A stretch of 64,000 nucleotides of DNA, taken from assembly GCA_963724295.1 (NCBI GenBank), contig CAVRUC010000011.1, positions 1 through 64,000 on the forward strand, given 5' to 3'. The notes beneath the pieces were generated by a model that saw only the letters and a list, made by a program, of their open reading frames with translations, made no database searches and had not been told where the DNA came from. Position numbers and translations under genes: made by a program. Shown one piece after another: positions 40,544 through 51,603 of the stretch. This DNA comes from an uncultured Chloroflexia bacterium (GTDB lineage Bacteria > Chloroflexota > Chloroflexia > Thermomicrobiales > UBA6265). How positions within the stretch are numbered: position 1 is the stretch's first letter; every line of letters begins with the position of its first letter.

Positions 40544-41326
40544 TCAGACTTCGTCCTCGTCGGTTCGCCTCTCAACACCCAGGACCACATCCAGTGGCCG
40601 TTCCAGGCGGAGAAGGTGACGCATCCTGAAGACGGATTCCTGGAGGCGCTGTGGTGTCCACTCGACCGCGGCGAGAATCTCGCTGGCCTCGTCGAGTCCG
40701 GCGCGCGAGAGGAGACCCTTTTCGTTGAGCGCCCACGTGCCATGAGCTGCCAGGCGGGCGTGCGCCGCGGCCATCACGGCGCGAGCCAGCAGTCCCACAC
40801 AGCCCGCCACATCGCCACGGGTAGCGTGTTGCTCGGCGATGAGGAGCGAGAACGCCGCATCTCCCTCCCAGCGCGGTGGCGCGGCGCGGCGTAGCGCCGA
40901 GGAGAACGACGGTCTCGGCAACGACCCGCGTAACACCGTGCCCAGTGCCAGCTCGCCGGCGAGCACATAGGTGGGGAGACCGGCAACATGGCCACCGACG
41001 CGATCGATCTCGAAGCGGCCGGCATCCGCTTCGGCGATCCAGTGCTCGACGACATCGAGATCGCGATAGAGGAGGTCGACTCGTTCGCCATCGATATTCA
41101 ACCAGGCGCCACCGTTGACGATGCGGCCCCACTCCCCGGGTTCCGTTACGTGACCGGCGTGGCCCAGCTGGCGGATGGCATCGGTGTCGATGCTGCCGCG
41201 ATAGTAGAGCCCGATATCCCAATCGCTATCGGGGCGCGCCATGCCACGAGCGCGGGATCCGCCGAGGGTGACCGCTCTCACCCCTGGCACCCGCGCGACC
41301 TGTTCGACGAGCCTGGGAACGTTCAC
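40544..41326 (-). CDS. Nucleotidyltransferase domain protein
   Basis: LGGSRARG..DSDWD; GGAWL; VDLLYRD; NEKG. Confidence 0.85.
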   Translation of the reverse strand: MNVPRLVEQVARVPGVRAVTLGGSRARGMARPDSDWDIGLYYRGSIDTDAIRQLGHAGHVTEPGEWGRIVNGGAWLNIDGERVDLLYRDLDVVEHWIAEADAGRFEIDRVGGHVAGLPTYVLAGELALGTVLRGSLPRPSFSSALRRAAPPRWEGDAAFSLLIAEQHATRGDVAGCVGLLARAVMAAAHARLAAHGTWALNEKGLLSRAGLDEASEILAAVEWTPQRLQESVFRMRHLLRLERPLDVVLGVERRTDEDEV

Positions 41327-41469
41327 GCGGGTCCTCCCACCACGACTGGCAGCGGCTGGCACGATTGTCGTTGGTTCTGGCGTGGAGCTGTTGCGGCGCC
41401 ACGCACGAGCGAGAGGAAGTTGAGTCATGCTCGGACGTGCGAGAAGCGCGGTCAAGACGCGGAGGACGA

Positions 41470-41520
41470 CGAGATTCCTCGTGCCTCGGAATGACACCGC
41501 GTTCGCGGGAATGACGATGA
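41470..41520. repeat. GAGATTCCTC..GGAATGAC palindromic (REP/MITE-like) element
   Basis: Related inverted pair at 45481-45572 (TGTCATCCCGAGGCACGAGGGATCTC..GAGATTCCTC..GGAATGACA). Confidence 0.65.
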
Positions 41521-41622
41521 TTTCGTTCGGAAAGACACGGTTGAGCCGACGATGGATGCAGTGGCGCACCCGCGCTCGTTGCTTCATCATCTCTCCGCAC
41601 GATAGGAGAGACAGGAGAGAGC

Positions 41623-42819
41623 ATGGCGGCGGAACGGGCAGTGGACGTGATTGTCGTGGGCGGCGGGGCGATGGGCAGCGCGGCAGCCTGGCGGCTGGCG
41701 CGGGCCGGGCATCGGGTGCGGCTGCTGGAGCAGTTTGCCCTCGGCCACGAGAAGGGCAGCTCGCATGGCCCCTCGCGCATGATCCGCATCGCCTACCCCG
41801 CTCCCGAGTACGTCGAGATGGGACAAGAGGCGTTCCGGCTCTGGGACGAGCTGCAGGCCGAATCGGGTGAGTCGCTACTGCTGCGCACGCACGGCATGAA
41901 CGTCGGCGTGCCGCACGCCGACGCCATGGAAGAGGTGGCCGATACCCTCGACACGCTGGGCGTGCCCTACGAGCGGCTCGACCATGACGAGCTGCGTCGC
42001 CGCTACCCGCAGTACACCTTCCCGGAAGGGTCGATCGGCATCTACCAGGAGGACTACGGCATCCTCGCCGCCAGTCGCTGCGTGGCCGCGCTCGCCGCGC
42101 GGGCCCGTGCCGAGGGGGCGGAGCTGCATGACGAGGAGCCGGTCGTCGAGATCACGCCTGATGGCGACGGTGTGACGGTACGCACCACGCGCGGCACGTA
42201 TCACGCTGAGCGGGTGATCCTCACCGCCGGGTCATGGTTGGGGCCGCTGCTGGCCCCGCTGGGGATCGATCTGCCGCTGACAGTGCTGCAGGAGCAGCTC
42301 GCCTTCTTCCAGGTGCGCGATCCCGCGGCGCACACCCCGGATCGCTTGCCGCTGCTGATGCATCGCTTCCCCGGTACGACCTCGCTCGGCTCGGTCTTTC
42401 CGATCTACGACCACCAGGGGGTGAAAGTGATGCTCGACCGCATCGGCCCCGGGGTCGTCGATCCCGGCAACCCCGACCGCTCGATCGATCCCGCGCGGTT
42501 GGAACGCCTGCGCGCCTACGCCACGGAGCTGATGCCGGGCATCACCGGCGAGATCCTGGAGACCACGAGCTGCCGGTACACGATGACCCCGGACGAGGAT
42601 TTCATCATCGACCTCCACCCGGAGCACCGGCAGATCGTGATCGCCTCCCCATGCTCCAGCCACGGCTTCAAGTTCGCGCCGGTGACCGGGCAGATGCTGG
42701 CCGACCTCGCGGTGAACGGGACGACTCCCTACCCGACCGCTCGCTTCAGTCTCGACCGGCCGGCGCTGGCCGAGTCGTGGAGTCCGACGAAGGCGGCGGT
42801 GGTTGGTCGTGAGTCGTGA
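41623..42819 (+). CDS. solA: N-methyl-L-tryptophan / monomeric sarcosine oxidase family flavoprotein
   Basis: GGGAMG, GSSHGPSRMIR, CRYTMTPDEDF (covalent-FAD Cys), HGFKF. Confidence 0.9.
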   Translation: MAAERAVDVIVVGGGAMGSAAAWRLARAGHRVRLLEQFALGHEKGSSHGPSRMIRIAYPAPEYVEMGQEAFRLWDELQAESGESLLLRTHGMNVGVPHADAMEEVADTLDTLGVPYERLDHDELRRRYPQYTFPEGSIGIYQEDYGILAASRCVAALAARARAEGAELHDEEPVVEITPDGDGVTVRTTRGTYHAERVILTAGSWLGPLLAPLGIDLPLTVLQEQLAFFQVRDPAAHTPDRLPLLMHRFPGTTSLGSVFPIYDHQGVKVMLDRIGPGVVDPGNPDRSIDPARLERLRAYATELMPGITGEILETTSCRYTMTPDEDFIIDLHPEHRQIVIASPCSSHGFKFAPVTGQMLADLAVNGTTPYPTARFSLDRPALAESWSPTKAAVVGRES

Positions 42820-42932
42820 TCCGAGACGGCGAGACGGAAGACGGCGAGACGGCAAGAGGAGCACGAAAACAAGCTCCTGCTCCCGCTGCAAGTGCGTCGC
42901 CCGCGTCCCCTCTGAGGGGAGAAGGGTTGGGG

Positions 42933-43790
42933 ATGAGGGGCGTCAGCTCACCCCGCTCCCTCCGATCGACACCCTCCCCCTCTTTGCCGGGGAGCGGTCC
43001 GCGTTGCTCCAGCTACTCGGTAGCCTTTCCGCCTCGGATTGGGAGGCCCCGACCGTCTGCACCGGCTGGTCGGTGAAAGATGTAGCGGTCCATCTGCTGG
43101 GTGACGACATCGGCCGGCTGTCATGGGGGCGTGATAGCTATGTCAACCCGGCGTTCGCCGCCGGGCTCGATATCGGGACATTGCCCGGTCTCGTCGCCGC
43201 CATCGATCGCCAGAACGCGGTCTGGGTGACGGGCGCGCGGCGGACCAGTCCCCGGCTCCTGATCGAGCTGCTGGAGATGACGGGCGAGCTGACCGAGGCG
43301 TATTTCGCCAGCCTGGAGATGACCGCGCTCGGGATGCCGGTCGATTGGGCGGGCCCGGAGCCGGCGCCTGTCTGGCTCGACGTTGCCCGCGAGTACACCG
43401 AACGCTGGGTGCATCAGCAGCACATCCGGGACGCCGTCGGCAAACCCGGTCTGAAGGAGCGGCGCTGGTTCGCGCCGGTGCTGGACGCATTCGTGCGGGG
43501 GCTGCCACGCGTGCTGCGGGATAGCGCCGGCCGAGGACGGAACCGCGTTGCGGCTGACGATCACTGGTGACGCCGGCGGCGAGTGGGTCGCGCTGCGGCA
43601 CGATGGCGATTGGATGCTGGGGACGGCGCCGCACATGACCGTGGATGCCACGGTCGAGCTCGATGAGGATCATGCCTGGCGGCTCTTCACGAAGGGTATT
43701 TCCAAGGAAGAGGCCCGGCGGGCCGCGCGGATCGAGGGCGACGAGGCGCTCGCCGAGCGGGCGCTCGAGACGGTGTCGATCCTGGCGTGA
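42933..43790 (+). CDS. Mycothiol-dependent maleylpyruvate isomerase (MDMPI/DinB-like) family protein; start uncertain, frameshift near 43530
   Basis: ERSALL, PTVCTGWSVKDVAVHL, ERWVHQQHIRDAVG. Confidence 0.8.
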
Positions 43791-43910
43791 TGGGTGGGTG
43801 TTCGCTGCGCTCACGGTGACAGGGTGGTTACTCGCTGCGCTCGTGGTGGCAGGGTGGCGGGGATCATCGTTCTCCCTGTCACCCTGCCACCCTGTGACCC
43901 CGCCACCCCA
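43786..43910. repeat. Composite intergenic repeat (inverted orientation)
   Basis: Same family as 3229-3370. Confidence 0.85.
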
Positions 43911-43921
43911 ACGGAGGCACT

Positions 43922-44476
43922 ATGGCGAACAGGCTGGGCGGGATCGTGACGGCGGTCAGCCGGAGCGGGACGCACACGATGAGCAAGCCGAATCAGGAGA
44001 GCATCCAGCTCCTGACCGGGCTTGGCGTCGCGGGCGATGCCCATCAAGGGGAGACGGTCAAGCACCGCTCGCGCGTCAGGCGTGACCCGACGCAGCCCAA
44101 TCTGCGACAGGTGCATCTCATCCACGCCGAGCTGCACGACGAGCTACGCGACGCTGGATTCAGCGTCTCGGCCGGAGAGATGGGCGAGAATATCACCACC
44201 CGCGGTGTCGATCTGCTCGGGTTGCCGGTCGGGACGCGGCTGCTCCTGGGCGATACGGCCACGGTCGAGGTGACCGGGCTACGCAACCCATGCGCGCAAC
44301 TGAACGGGATCGCGCCGGGTCTGATGGCGGCGACCCTGGACCATGATGAGGACGGCAACCTCGTGCGCAAGGCGGGGGTGATGGGTGTCGTCGTGAGCGG
44401 CGGCGAGGTGCGCCCGGGCGATGCGATCCGGGTCGAGCTGCCGTCCGCGCCGCACCGGCCGCTGGAGCCGGTGTGA
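43922..44476 (+). CDS. MOSC domain protein
   Basis: GDAH, RQVHLI, GENITT, TGLRNPC, GGEVRPGD. Confidence 0.9.
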   Translation: MANRLGGIVTAVSRSGTHTMSKPNQESIQLLTGLGVAGDAHQGETVKHRSRVRRDPTQPNLRQVHLIHAELHDELRDAGFSVSAGEMGENITTRGVDLLGLPVGTRLLLGDTATVEVTGLRNPCAQLNGIAPGLMAATLDHDEDGNLVRKAGVMGVVVSGGEVRPGDAIRVELPSAPHRPLEPV

Positions 44477-44564
44477 CGAGGGTCGCTGGGTCGCGGGGTC
44501 GTGGGGTGGCCGGGAATCGTTCTTCCTGCCACCCTGCCACCCTGCCACCTCAATTGGAGGTAAC

Positions 44565-45362
44565 GTGGCGGACAGTTTGAAGGGGAAGGTGGCGATCGTC
44601 ACCGGGGCGGCGCACGGCATCGGCCGCGCGATCGCCGAGCGCTACGGCGCGGAAGGGGCGACGGTCGTCGTCTCTGACGTCGATGCCGCTGGTGGGGAAG
44701 CGGTGGCGAAGCGGATCACCGATGCCGGGGGCACGGCGGTGGCGATCGTCACCGACGTTTCGGACAAAGCGGCGGTCGATCGCTTGTTCGACGAGACGCT
44801 CGATCGCTTCGGCGCGGTCGACGTGCTGGTCAACAACGCGGGGCTGACCGATACCGAGCGGCACTTCCTCGAAGGTGACGAGGAATGGTGGGATCGCATC
44901 CACGCCGTGAATCTCAAAGGGAGCTTCCTCTGCGGTCTGCGCGCGGCCAGGCTGATGGCGCAGCGGGGCGACGGGGTCATCATCAACGTCTCTTCCGGCG
45001 GCGCGACGCGGGCTCACCGCGGTAACGCTGCTTACGACGCGACGAAGGGCGGGATCGAAGCGCTCACCCGTGCCATGGCGGTCGACCTGGCCCCCTATGG
45101 CGTGCGCGTCAACGGGCTGATCCCTGGTTCGATCGACTCCAAGGGGATGTCCCCGGACGTGAAGCAGCAGCGTGGGGAAGCCATTCCCATGGGCCGCATG
45201 GGCGAACCGGAAGATATGACCGGCGCCGCCGTCTTCCTCGCCTCCGCTGATGCCGCCTACGTCACCGGGCAGCTGATCGCCGTCGACGGCGGCATCCTGG
45301 CGGCGATGCGCTCCCCGGCCGCGGACATCTTCCCGCTGTCGCGATTCCCGGAGCTACGCTGA
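44565..45362 (+). CDS. Short-chain dehydrogenase/reductase
   Basis: TGAAHGIG, NNAG, YDATK; GGAGG RBS before GTG. Confidence 0.93.
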   Translation: MADSLKGKVAIVTGAAHGIGRAIAERYGAEGATVVVSDVDAAGGEAVAKRITDAGGTAVAIVTDVSDKAAVDRLFDETLDRFGAVDVLVNNAGLTDTERHFLEGDEEWWDRIHAVNLKGSFLCGLRAARLMAQRGDGVIINVSSGGATRAHRGNAAYDATKGGIEALTRAMAVDLAPYGVRVNGLIPGSIDSKGMSPDVKQQRGEAIPMGRMGEPEDMTGAAVFLASADAAYVTGQLIAVDGGILAAMRSPAADIFPLSRFPELR

Positions 45363-45583
45363 GTCGAAGTCGGTAAGTCGGAAGTCGGTAAGAAGGCAAG
45401 ACGATCGTGGTGCGGCGAAACACGACCCTGTTCTCCAACTGCACCAGTGCTCGCTGTCCTAGCGTGGCATCGCCTGCCGGTGTCATCCCGAGGCACGAGG
45501 GATCTCGTCGGTATCCTCCGCGAGGCACAGCGAGAACGAGATTCCTCCTGCGACTGCAGGCGTCGGAATGACACGAGTGGGCG

Positions 45584-48500
45584 ATGCGCTGCAGTCGTGA
45601 TTTCACTGACCGACTCACCGACTTACCGACTCACCGACTCTCTGACCGACACCGCCAGTCGCTGCGCGCCGGTATCGACATCGGCGGCACGTTCACCGAT
45701 CTCGTCGTCTATGACGATGCCAGCGGCGCGTTCGTCGTCGGCAAGACGCTGACGACCCCTCACGATCCCTCGGTCGCCATCGAGGTTGGGCTGGACGAGA
45801 CCCTGGCGTCGGCGAACGCGGCGATGGATGCCCTGGGCCAGATCATCCACGGCACCACCCTGGTCACGAATGCGCTGATCGAGCGCAAGGGCGTACCGAC
45901 CGCGCTGCTGGCCAGCGAGGGATTCCGCGATTCGCTCGAGATCGGCCGCGAGCATCGCTACGACCTCTACGATCTGCAACTGGAGATGCCGCGTCCCCTG
46001 GTGCCGCGCGAGCTCCGCTTCGGCGTGCCGGGGCGCACCCTCGCCGACGGCTCGACCCTGGCAGGGCACGATCTGGACGAGGAGTATGTCGAGCGCCTGG
46101 CCCGCGAGCTGGCCGCCGCCGGGATCGAGGCGGTCGCCATCGCCTTCCTCAACAGCTTCGCCAACCCCGAGCTGGAGCGACGCGCGCGGGAGGCGGTGCA
46201 TCGAGCGGCGCCTGATATCCGCGTTTCGATCTCGTCCGACGTGGCGCCGGAGATCCGCGAGTACGAGCGGACCTCGACGACGGTGGCCAATGTCTACGTC
46301 CAGGCCCGGGTCGAGCGCTACCTGCGCGACCTGGAGGAGCGGCTGGCACGGGCGGGATTCCAGGGCGCGCTGCTGCTGCTCATCTCGTCCGGCGCCCTGG
46401 CGACGGTCGAGACGGCCGCTCGCTTCCCGGTGCGGCTGCTGGAGAGCGGTCCGGCCGGGGGCGCGCTCGCCGCCGCGGCCTTTGGGGCCGCCGCCGGTTA
46501 CGAGGATCTCCTCTCCTTCGATATGGGGGGCACTACCGCCAAGTTCGCGGTGATCGCCCGCGGCGAGCCGCTGCTGGCCCATGGCTTCGAGGTCGACCGC
46601 CGCTACCGCTTCAAGAAGGGCTCCGGGCTGCCGATCAACCTGCCCGTGATCGAGATGATCGAGATCGGGGCCGGCGGCGGCTCGATCGCTCGCATCGATG
46701 CTCTCGGTCTGCTCAAGGTCGGACCCGATTCCGCGGGCGCCGATCCGGGGCCGGCCTGCTACGGCCGTGGTGGCGAGCGGCCCACGGTCACCGATGCCGA
46801 TCTCGTCCTCGGCTATCTCGATCCCGGCTTCTTCCTCGGCGGCGCGATGTCGCTCGACGTCGAGGCGGCGCGGCAGGCCATCCGCCGCGATCTGGCCGAA
46901 CCCCTCGGATTGAGCGTCGAGGAGGCCGCCTGGGGTATCCACCAGATCGTCAACGAGGTGATGGCCGGCGCGGCGCGGGTGCACACCCTGGAGCGCGGCG
47001 GCGATCCGCGGCGGCTGCCGGTCTTCGCCTTCGGCGGCGCGGGTCCCGTGCACGGCTATCGCATCGCGGCGGCGCTCGGCTCGCCGCGTCTGATCGTCCC
47101 CTCGGGGGCGGGGGTGATGAGTGCCATCGGCTTCCTCGCCGCGCCGATCGCCTTCGACTTCACCCGCTCCTTCCCCGGCCGCCTCGACGCCCTCGACTGG
47201 GCACGCGTCAACGGGCTGATCGCCGAGATGGAGGAAGAGGGTACGGCGCTGCTGGCCTCGGCCGGTGTGCGCGGTCGCGACGTGACCCACCGCCGCGCCG
47301 CCGAGATGCGCTACGTCGGGCAGGGACACGAGGTGCGCGTGCCGCTGCCGCCGGGACCGCTCACCCCGGCCAGCGTCCCCGCGCTGCGGCAGGCGTTCGA
47401 GACCGAGTACCTCCGCCTCTACGGCCGGCTTGGTCCGCCGGTGCCGGTGGAAGCGATCACCTGGCGGGTCGTTTCGTCTGGTCCGCGCCCCGATCTCCGT
47501 CTGTCGACCGCGCCGGAGGCGACCGGCGATGCCGAGTCGGCCCGCAAAGGCACGCGCCGGGCCTACGTGCCCGAGCAGGGCGGGATGACCGACGTTACGG
47601 TCTACGACCGCTACCGGCTGGGACCGGGCGCGACCTTCACCGGCCCCGCCATCGTCGAGGAGCGCGAATCGACCACTGTCATCGGTCCCGGCGCCACGGT
47701 GTCGGTCGATGATCAAGGGAACCTCACCGTGGAAGTCATCGAGGGGGAGAAGGGGGTCGCTTCGCTAGGGGGCGGCTGCAGCACAGTGCGCTCGAGGGGA
47801 GCAGGAGCACAGGAATCCCATCGTCGGTCTCCTTTTCCCCCTCATCCCCTGAGCGAAGCGACCCCCTCAGCGCAGCGCCCCCCGAGCGCAGCGACCCCCC
47901 TCGACCCGGTGACGCTGGAGGTGCTCTGGAACCGGCTCCTCTCCGTCGCCAACGAGCAGCAGGCGGCGCTGATGCGGACCGCCTTCAGCACGGTGGTGCG
48001 CGAGTCGCAGGACCTCGCCTGCGGGGTTTTCGACACACGCGGCCAGATGATGGCGCAGTCGCTGACCGGTACCCCCGGGCACATCAACCCGATGGCCACC
48101 GGCGTGCGCCACCTGCTGGCCGCCTATCCCCCGGAGACGCTTGGTCCCGGCGACGTGCTGATCACCAACGACCCCTGGATGACGTCAGGCCAGCTCAACG
48201 ACTTCACGGTGGTCACGCCGGTCTTCCGTGAGGGCCGGATCGTCGGCTACTTCGGCAACCTCTGCCACGCGGCGGACATCGGCGGTCAGGTCTTCTCGGG
48301 GGAAGCGCACGAGATCTACGAGGAGGGACTGCGCGTCCCGGTGACGAAGCTCTTCGACCGCGGCGAGCCGAACCACGAGCTGCTGAAGATCATCCGCGCC
48401 AACGTCCGCCTCCCGGACGAGACGGTCGGCGATCTCTACGCCCAGGCCTCCTGCAACGACGTCGGCGGGCGGGCGCTGCTGGCGATGATGGACGAGTTCG

Positions 48501-49616
48501 GACTGGAGAGTGTCGATCCCCTGTCCGACGAGATCATCGCCCGCTCCGAGCGCGCCCTGCGGGAGGCCATTCGCTCCCTCCCGGATGGGGTCTACCGGCA
48601 CGAGGTCTGGAGCGACGGGTTCGAGGAGCCGATCGTGATCGTGGCGACGGTCACGGTCCGCGGGGACGAGATCGACATCGACTTTGCGGGGTCGTCGCCG
48701 CAGAGCAGGCGCGGCATCAACGTGGTGCTGAACTACACCCAGGGCTACGCCTCCTTCGCGCTGAAAGCGGCGATCGCCCCGGACGTGCCGCACAACGAGG
48801 GCTCGTTCCGGCCGGTGCACGTCACGGCGCCGCTCGGCTCGATCCTCAACTGCGTCGACCCGGCGGCGGTGGCGGCGCGGCACTTGATCGGACACTTCGT
48901 GCCCGGCGCCATCTTCGGTGCATTGGCCCAGGCGCTGCCGGAGCGGCTGCTGGCGGGCGGCGCCGACCCGATCTGGCTCAGCGTCTGGCGCGGCAAGCAC
49001 CCGGAGAACGGCGAGCCGTTCATGACGGCGATCTTCCAGGTCGGGGGCACCGGTGCGCGCGCCAAAAAGGACGGGCTGAGCACGACCGGCTTCCCCTCCG
49101 GGGTGGCGGGGGTGCCGGCCGAGGTGATCGAGCATCTCTCGGCGCTGGTGCAATCGCGGCGCGAGCTTCGCACCGACTCGGGAGGCGCGGGCACGACCCG
49201 CGGCGGGCTGGGTCAGGCGACCGAGTTCTGGTATCGCGGCGACGGCCCCTGGAGCGTCTCGGCGATGATCGACCGCACCCAGTTCGCGGCGCAGGGGTTC
49301 GCCGGCGGCGGCCCCGGCGCGCTGGGACTCTTTGAAGCTGACGGCCAGCCGCTGAAACCGAAAACGGTCATCGGGCTAGAGCCAGGGCAAACGGTGCTGC
49401 ATGGCTCCGCCCGGCGGCGCCGGCTACGGCGACCCCTTGCAGCGCCCGGTTGATGCGGTCCTCGCCGACGTCGTCTCCGGCTACGTCTCTCTGGAAAGCG
49501 CCGAGCGCGATTACGGGGTCGTCATCCGCTACCTCGGCAGTCCGGACCAGTTGGTCAGGCTGTCAGAGCATTACGCGGTCGATGAGGAGGCGACGGCGCG
49601 GCTCAGAACACGTTGA
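45584..49616 (+). CDS. Fused hydantoinase A/B (ATP-dependent N-methylhydantoinase/5-oxoprolinase family); start uncertain, frameshift near 49405
   Basis: DIGGTFTD, HGTT, ESGPAGG, DMGGT, PTVTDA; then RTAFS..RESQD, NDPW, EEGL, DSGGAG..RGG; tail PGGAGYGDP in the next frame. Confidence 0.92.
49533..49609 (+). repeat. Left copy of 77-bp direct repeat (hydantoinase 3' end)
   Basis: 72/77 identical to 51866-51942 by manual alignment. Confidence 0.9.
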
Positions 49617-49679
49617 GGAGTCGAGACGTCAAGATATGATGGAGGCCACTACTTCGTACTGAGGATCATCCTTAGGCGG

Positions 49680-49737
49680 TTGACATATACTTGACCGCAG
49701 CGTGTATACTTGCGTCCTAAGGACGCAAGTATACACG
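49680..49737 (+). promoter_or_regulatory. abiE promoter (TTGACA..TATACT) overlapped by a perfect 18-bp inverted repeat
   Basis: CGTGTATACTTGCGTCCT-A-AGGACGCAAGTATACACG at 49701-49737. Confidence 0.8.
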
Positions 49738-49833
49738 TAGGAGCAGAAAACAATCGTCCAAAAGACCGCTTCCTTCGCTCTTCTTGAGCAACTCGCAGAC
49801 GAACACCGACGGGTTCTCGCAGAGTGGCGTGCC

Positions 49834-50667
49834 TTGATTCTTATTCGCCGCGCCACATTCGAGCTCGCGTCATCTGAGCGACGCTGGTCACAACTCCCCC
49901 ATGAACCAGCCGACCTCTACCCGTTGTTTCGGCAAATGCGGCAGCGCGGAGAAATCAAACCGATCCGTGGCCTCCACCATTTCTACGAAGTGACCGTACC
50001 TTATGCTCGTAGCGGACATATAGAAGAGGAAGAGGTCCTCATGGAGGCTCACCCCTATGCAGCAGTGAGCTACCTCTCGGCGCTCGTCTTCCATGGCCTG
50101 ACGGACGAACTACCAAAGGGAATCAACGCCATGGTCCCCTTAGATGGGACCGGGGATTTGCTTCCCCTTGGAACCGAGCCTCGGGATTGGGAAGGACTGT
50201 CTCTTGTACGAGGACGGACGCCTGAGCGCATCCTCGGTCGTCCCGTGACCTGGCACCATATCAAGCCAGAGCGGTTCTTTGGTTTAGGCGTGTATCAGCC
50301 AAGCGGGTATCCCATTCGGGTCACCACGCCAGAACGATCGCTCCTCGATGGCCTGCAAGCACCGAAGCTCTCAGGTGGGATCGAGAATGTTCTTCGGGCA
50401 TGGGTGCTCGCCCGCGACACGCTCGACCTTAACCTACTCATCCACTATGTCGATCGCTTCAACGTTGCACTACTCAGGCAGCGCACTGGGTTCATCTTGG
50501 AAGAGCTCGGACTGTCCCATCCCCGTATTGAGGAGTGGCAAGGCATGGCACGCCGTGGCGGATCAAGCAAGCTGGTGGGCGCCAATCCCTACTCCTCGCA
50601 CTACAGTGAGCGCTGGAATCTCTCGCTCAACGCGTCGATCGCAGCTCTCCACGATGGGAGTCCGTGA
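49834..50667 (+). CDS. abiEi: Type IV TA antitoxin, AbiEi-like (true start may be ~49753)
   Basis: SYLSAL..HGLTDELP, VTTPERSLLD..P.LSGG, R.GFILE; coupled to the downstream toxin. Confidence 0.82.
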   Translation: MILIRRATFELASSERRWSQLPHEPADLYPLFRQMRQRGEIKPIRGLHHFYEVTVPYARSGHIEEEEVLMEAHPYAAVSYLSALVFHGLTDELPKGINAMVPLDGTGDLLPLGTEPRDWEGLSLVRGRTPERILGRPVTWHHIKPERFFGLGVYQPSGYPIRVTTPERSLLDGLQAPKLSGGIENVLRAWVLARDTLDLNLLIHYVDRFNVALLRQRTGFILEELGLSHPRIEEWQGMARRGGSSKLVGANPYSSHYSERWNLSLNASIAALHDGSP

Positions 50668-51539
50668 CACCAACGTATCCGACCTCGTTCGATAACATCG
50701 GCCCATGGGCCGAAACGGCCGGCGTGCCGATCGAAGAGGCGCGGGTTCGGTTTGCCCAGTATGCCGTGCTGCGCAGCATCGCCGGTGTCCGCCCGCTCCG
50801 AGAAGGGCTCGTCTTCAAAGGAGGCAACGCGCTCGACTTCGTCTGGCAGCCGAACCGAAGCACTGTCGACCTTGACTTTTCAGTCGACCACGCGAGTAGC
50901 CTGGCGACTCCGGATGCCGAGACGATTCGGCGTCATCTTGAACGAGGACTCCCCGTCGCGACCACCCGCTTGGGCGTTGTGTTGGCGGTCCACCGGGTTC
51001 AGCAAAACCCGCGGGGCACAGAAAAGCACTTCATCACGTTCGAGGCCCGAATTGGGTATGCGCTCCCTGATGAGTTTCGCCTCCGCCAGCGCATCGAACA
51101 AGGCGAACCGAGTCCACACGTGATCAAGCTCGATATCAGCCTCAATGAGCCAATCGGTGCTGCAGTCATGATCACGATGAGTCCGGAACTCCAACTGCGC
51201 GTTGCCACGATAGAGGACATCGTTGCCGAGAAGCTCCGCGCCCTCTTGCAGCAGCCCATCCGGAACCGCCAACGTCGGCAGGACTTGCTCGACATCGCCG
51301 TGATCCTCCGCGAGAACACGCAGTTCGATCGCAACCTCGTCACCAGGTTCTTATTGGAGAAGGCGGCCGCGCGCCATGTTCCTGTCACGCGCCGGGCGTT
51401 CCGCAGCCCCGGGGTCGTCGACCGAGCCAGCCAAGGTTACGCCGAACTTGCGGTAACCACACGCGTGCTGTTCGTGCCCCTCGACGAGGCGCTCGTGTTG
51501 CTGAGTACGCTCGTGGACGAACTCGACATTCCCGATTGA
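50664..51539 (+). CDS. abiEii: Type IV TA toxin, AbiEii/AbiGii nucleotidyltransferase
   Basis: FKGGNAL, RSTVDLDF, EDIVAEKLRAL, R.QDLLD; GTGA overlap with the antitoxin. Confidence 0.9.
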   Translation: MTPTYPTSFDNIGPWAETAGVPIEEARVRFAQYAVLRSIAGVRPLREGLVFKGGNALDFVWQPNRSTVDLDFSVDHASSLATPDAETIRRHLERGLPVATTRLGVVLAVHRVQQNPRGTEKHFITFEARIGYALPDEFRLRQRIEQGEPSPHVIKLDISLNEPIGAAVMITMSPELQLRVATIEDIVAEKLRALLQQPIRNRQRRQDLLDIAVILRENTQFDRNLVTRFLLEKAAARHVPVTRRAFRSPGVVDRASQGYAELAVTTRVLFVPLDEALVLLSTLVDELDIPD

Positions 51540-51603
51540 GCCATGGGCGGGTTTCTTACACAATTTGTACCCAATTCTTACAAGCACTCGCTACGATCGA
51601 AGG

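Noticed and set aside
40544..41326. Nucleotidyltransferase as CBASS cyclase or MNT-HEPN toxin-antitoxin component
   Set aside because: No adjacent effector or HEPN gene; motifs fit a common stand-alone family
45623..47716. 697-aa minus-strand ORF (also 56023..57573, 52026..53204, 38260..39444, 15464..16834)
   Set aside because: Antisense shadows of well-supported genes in high-GC DNA; no motifs
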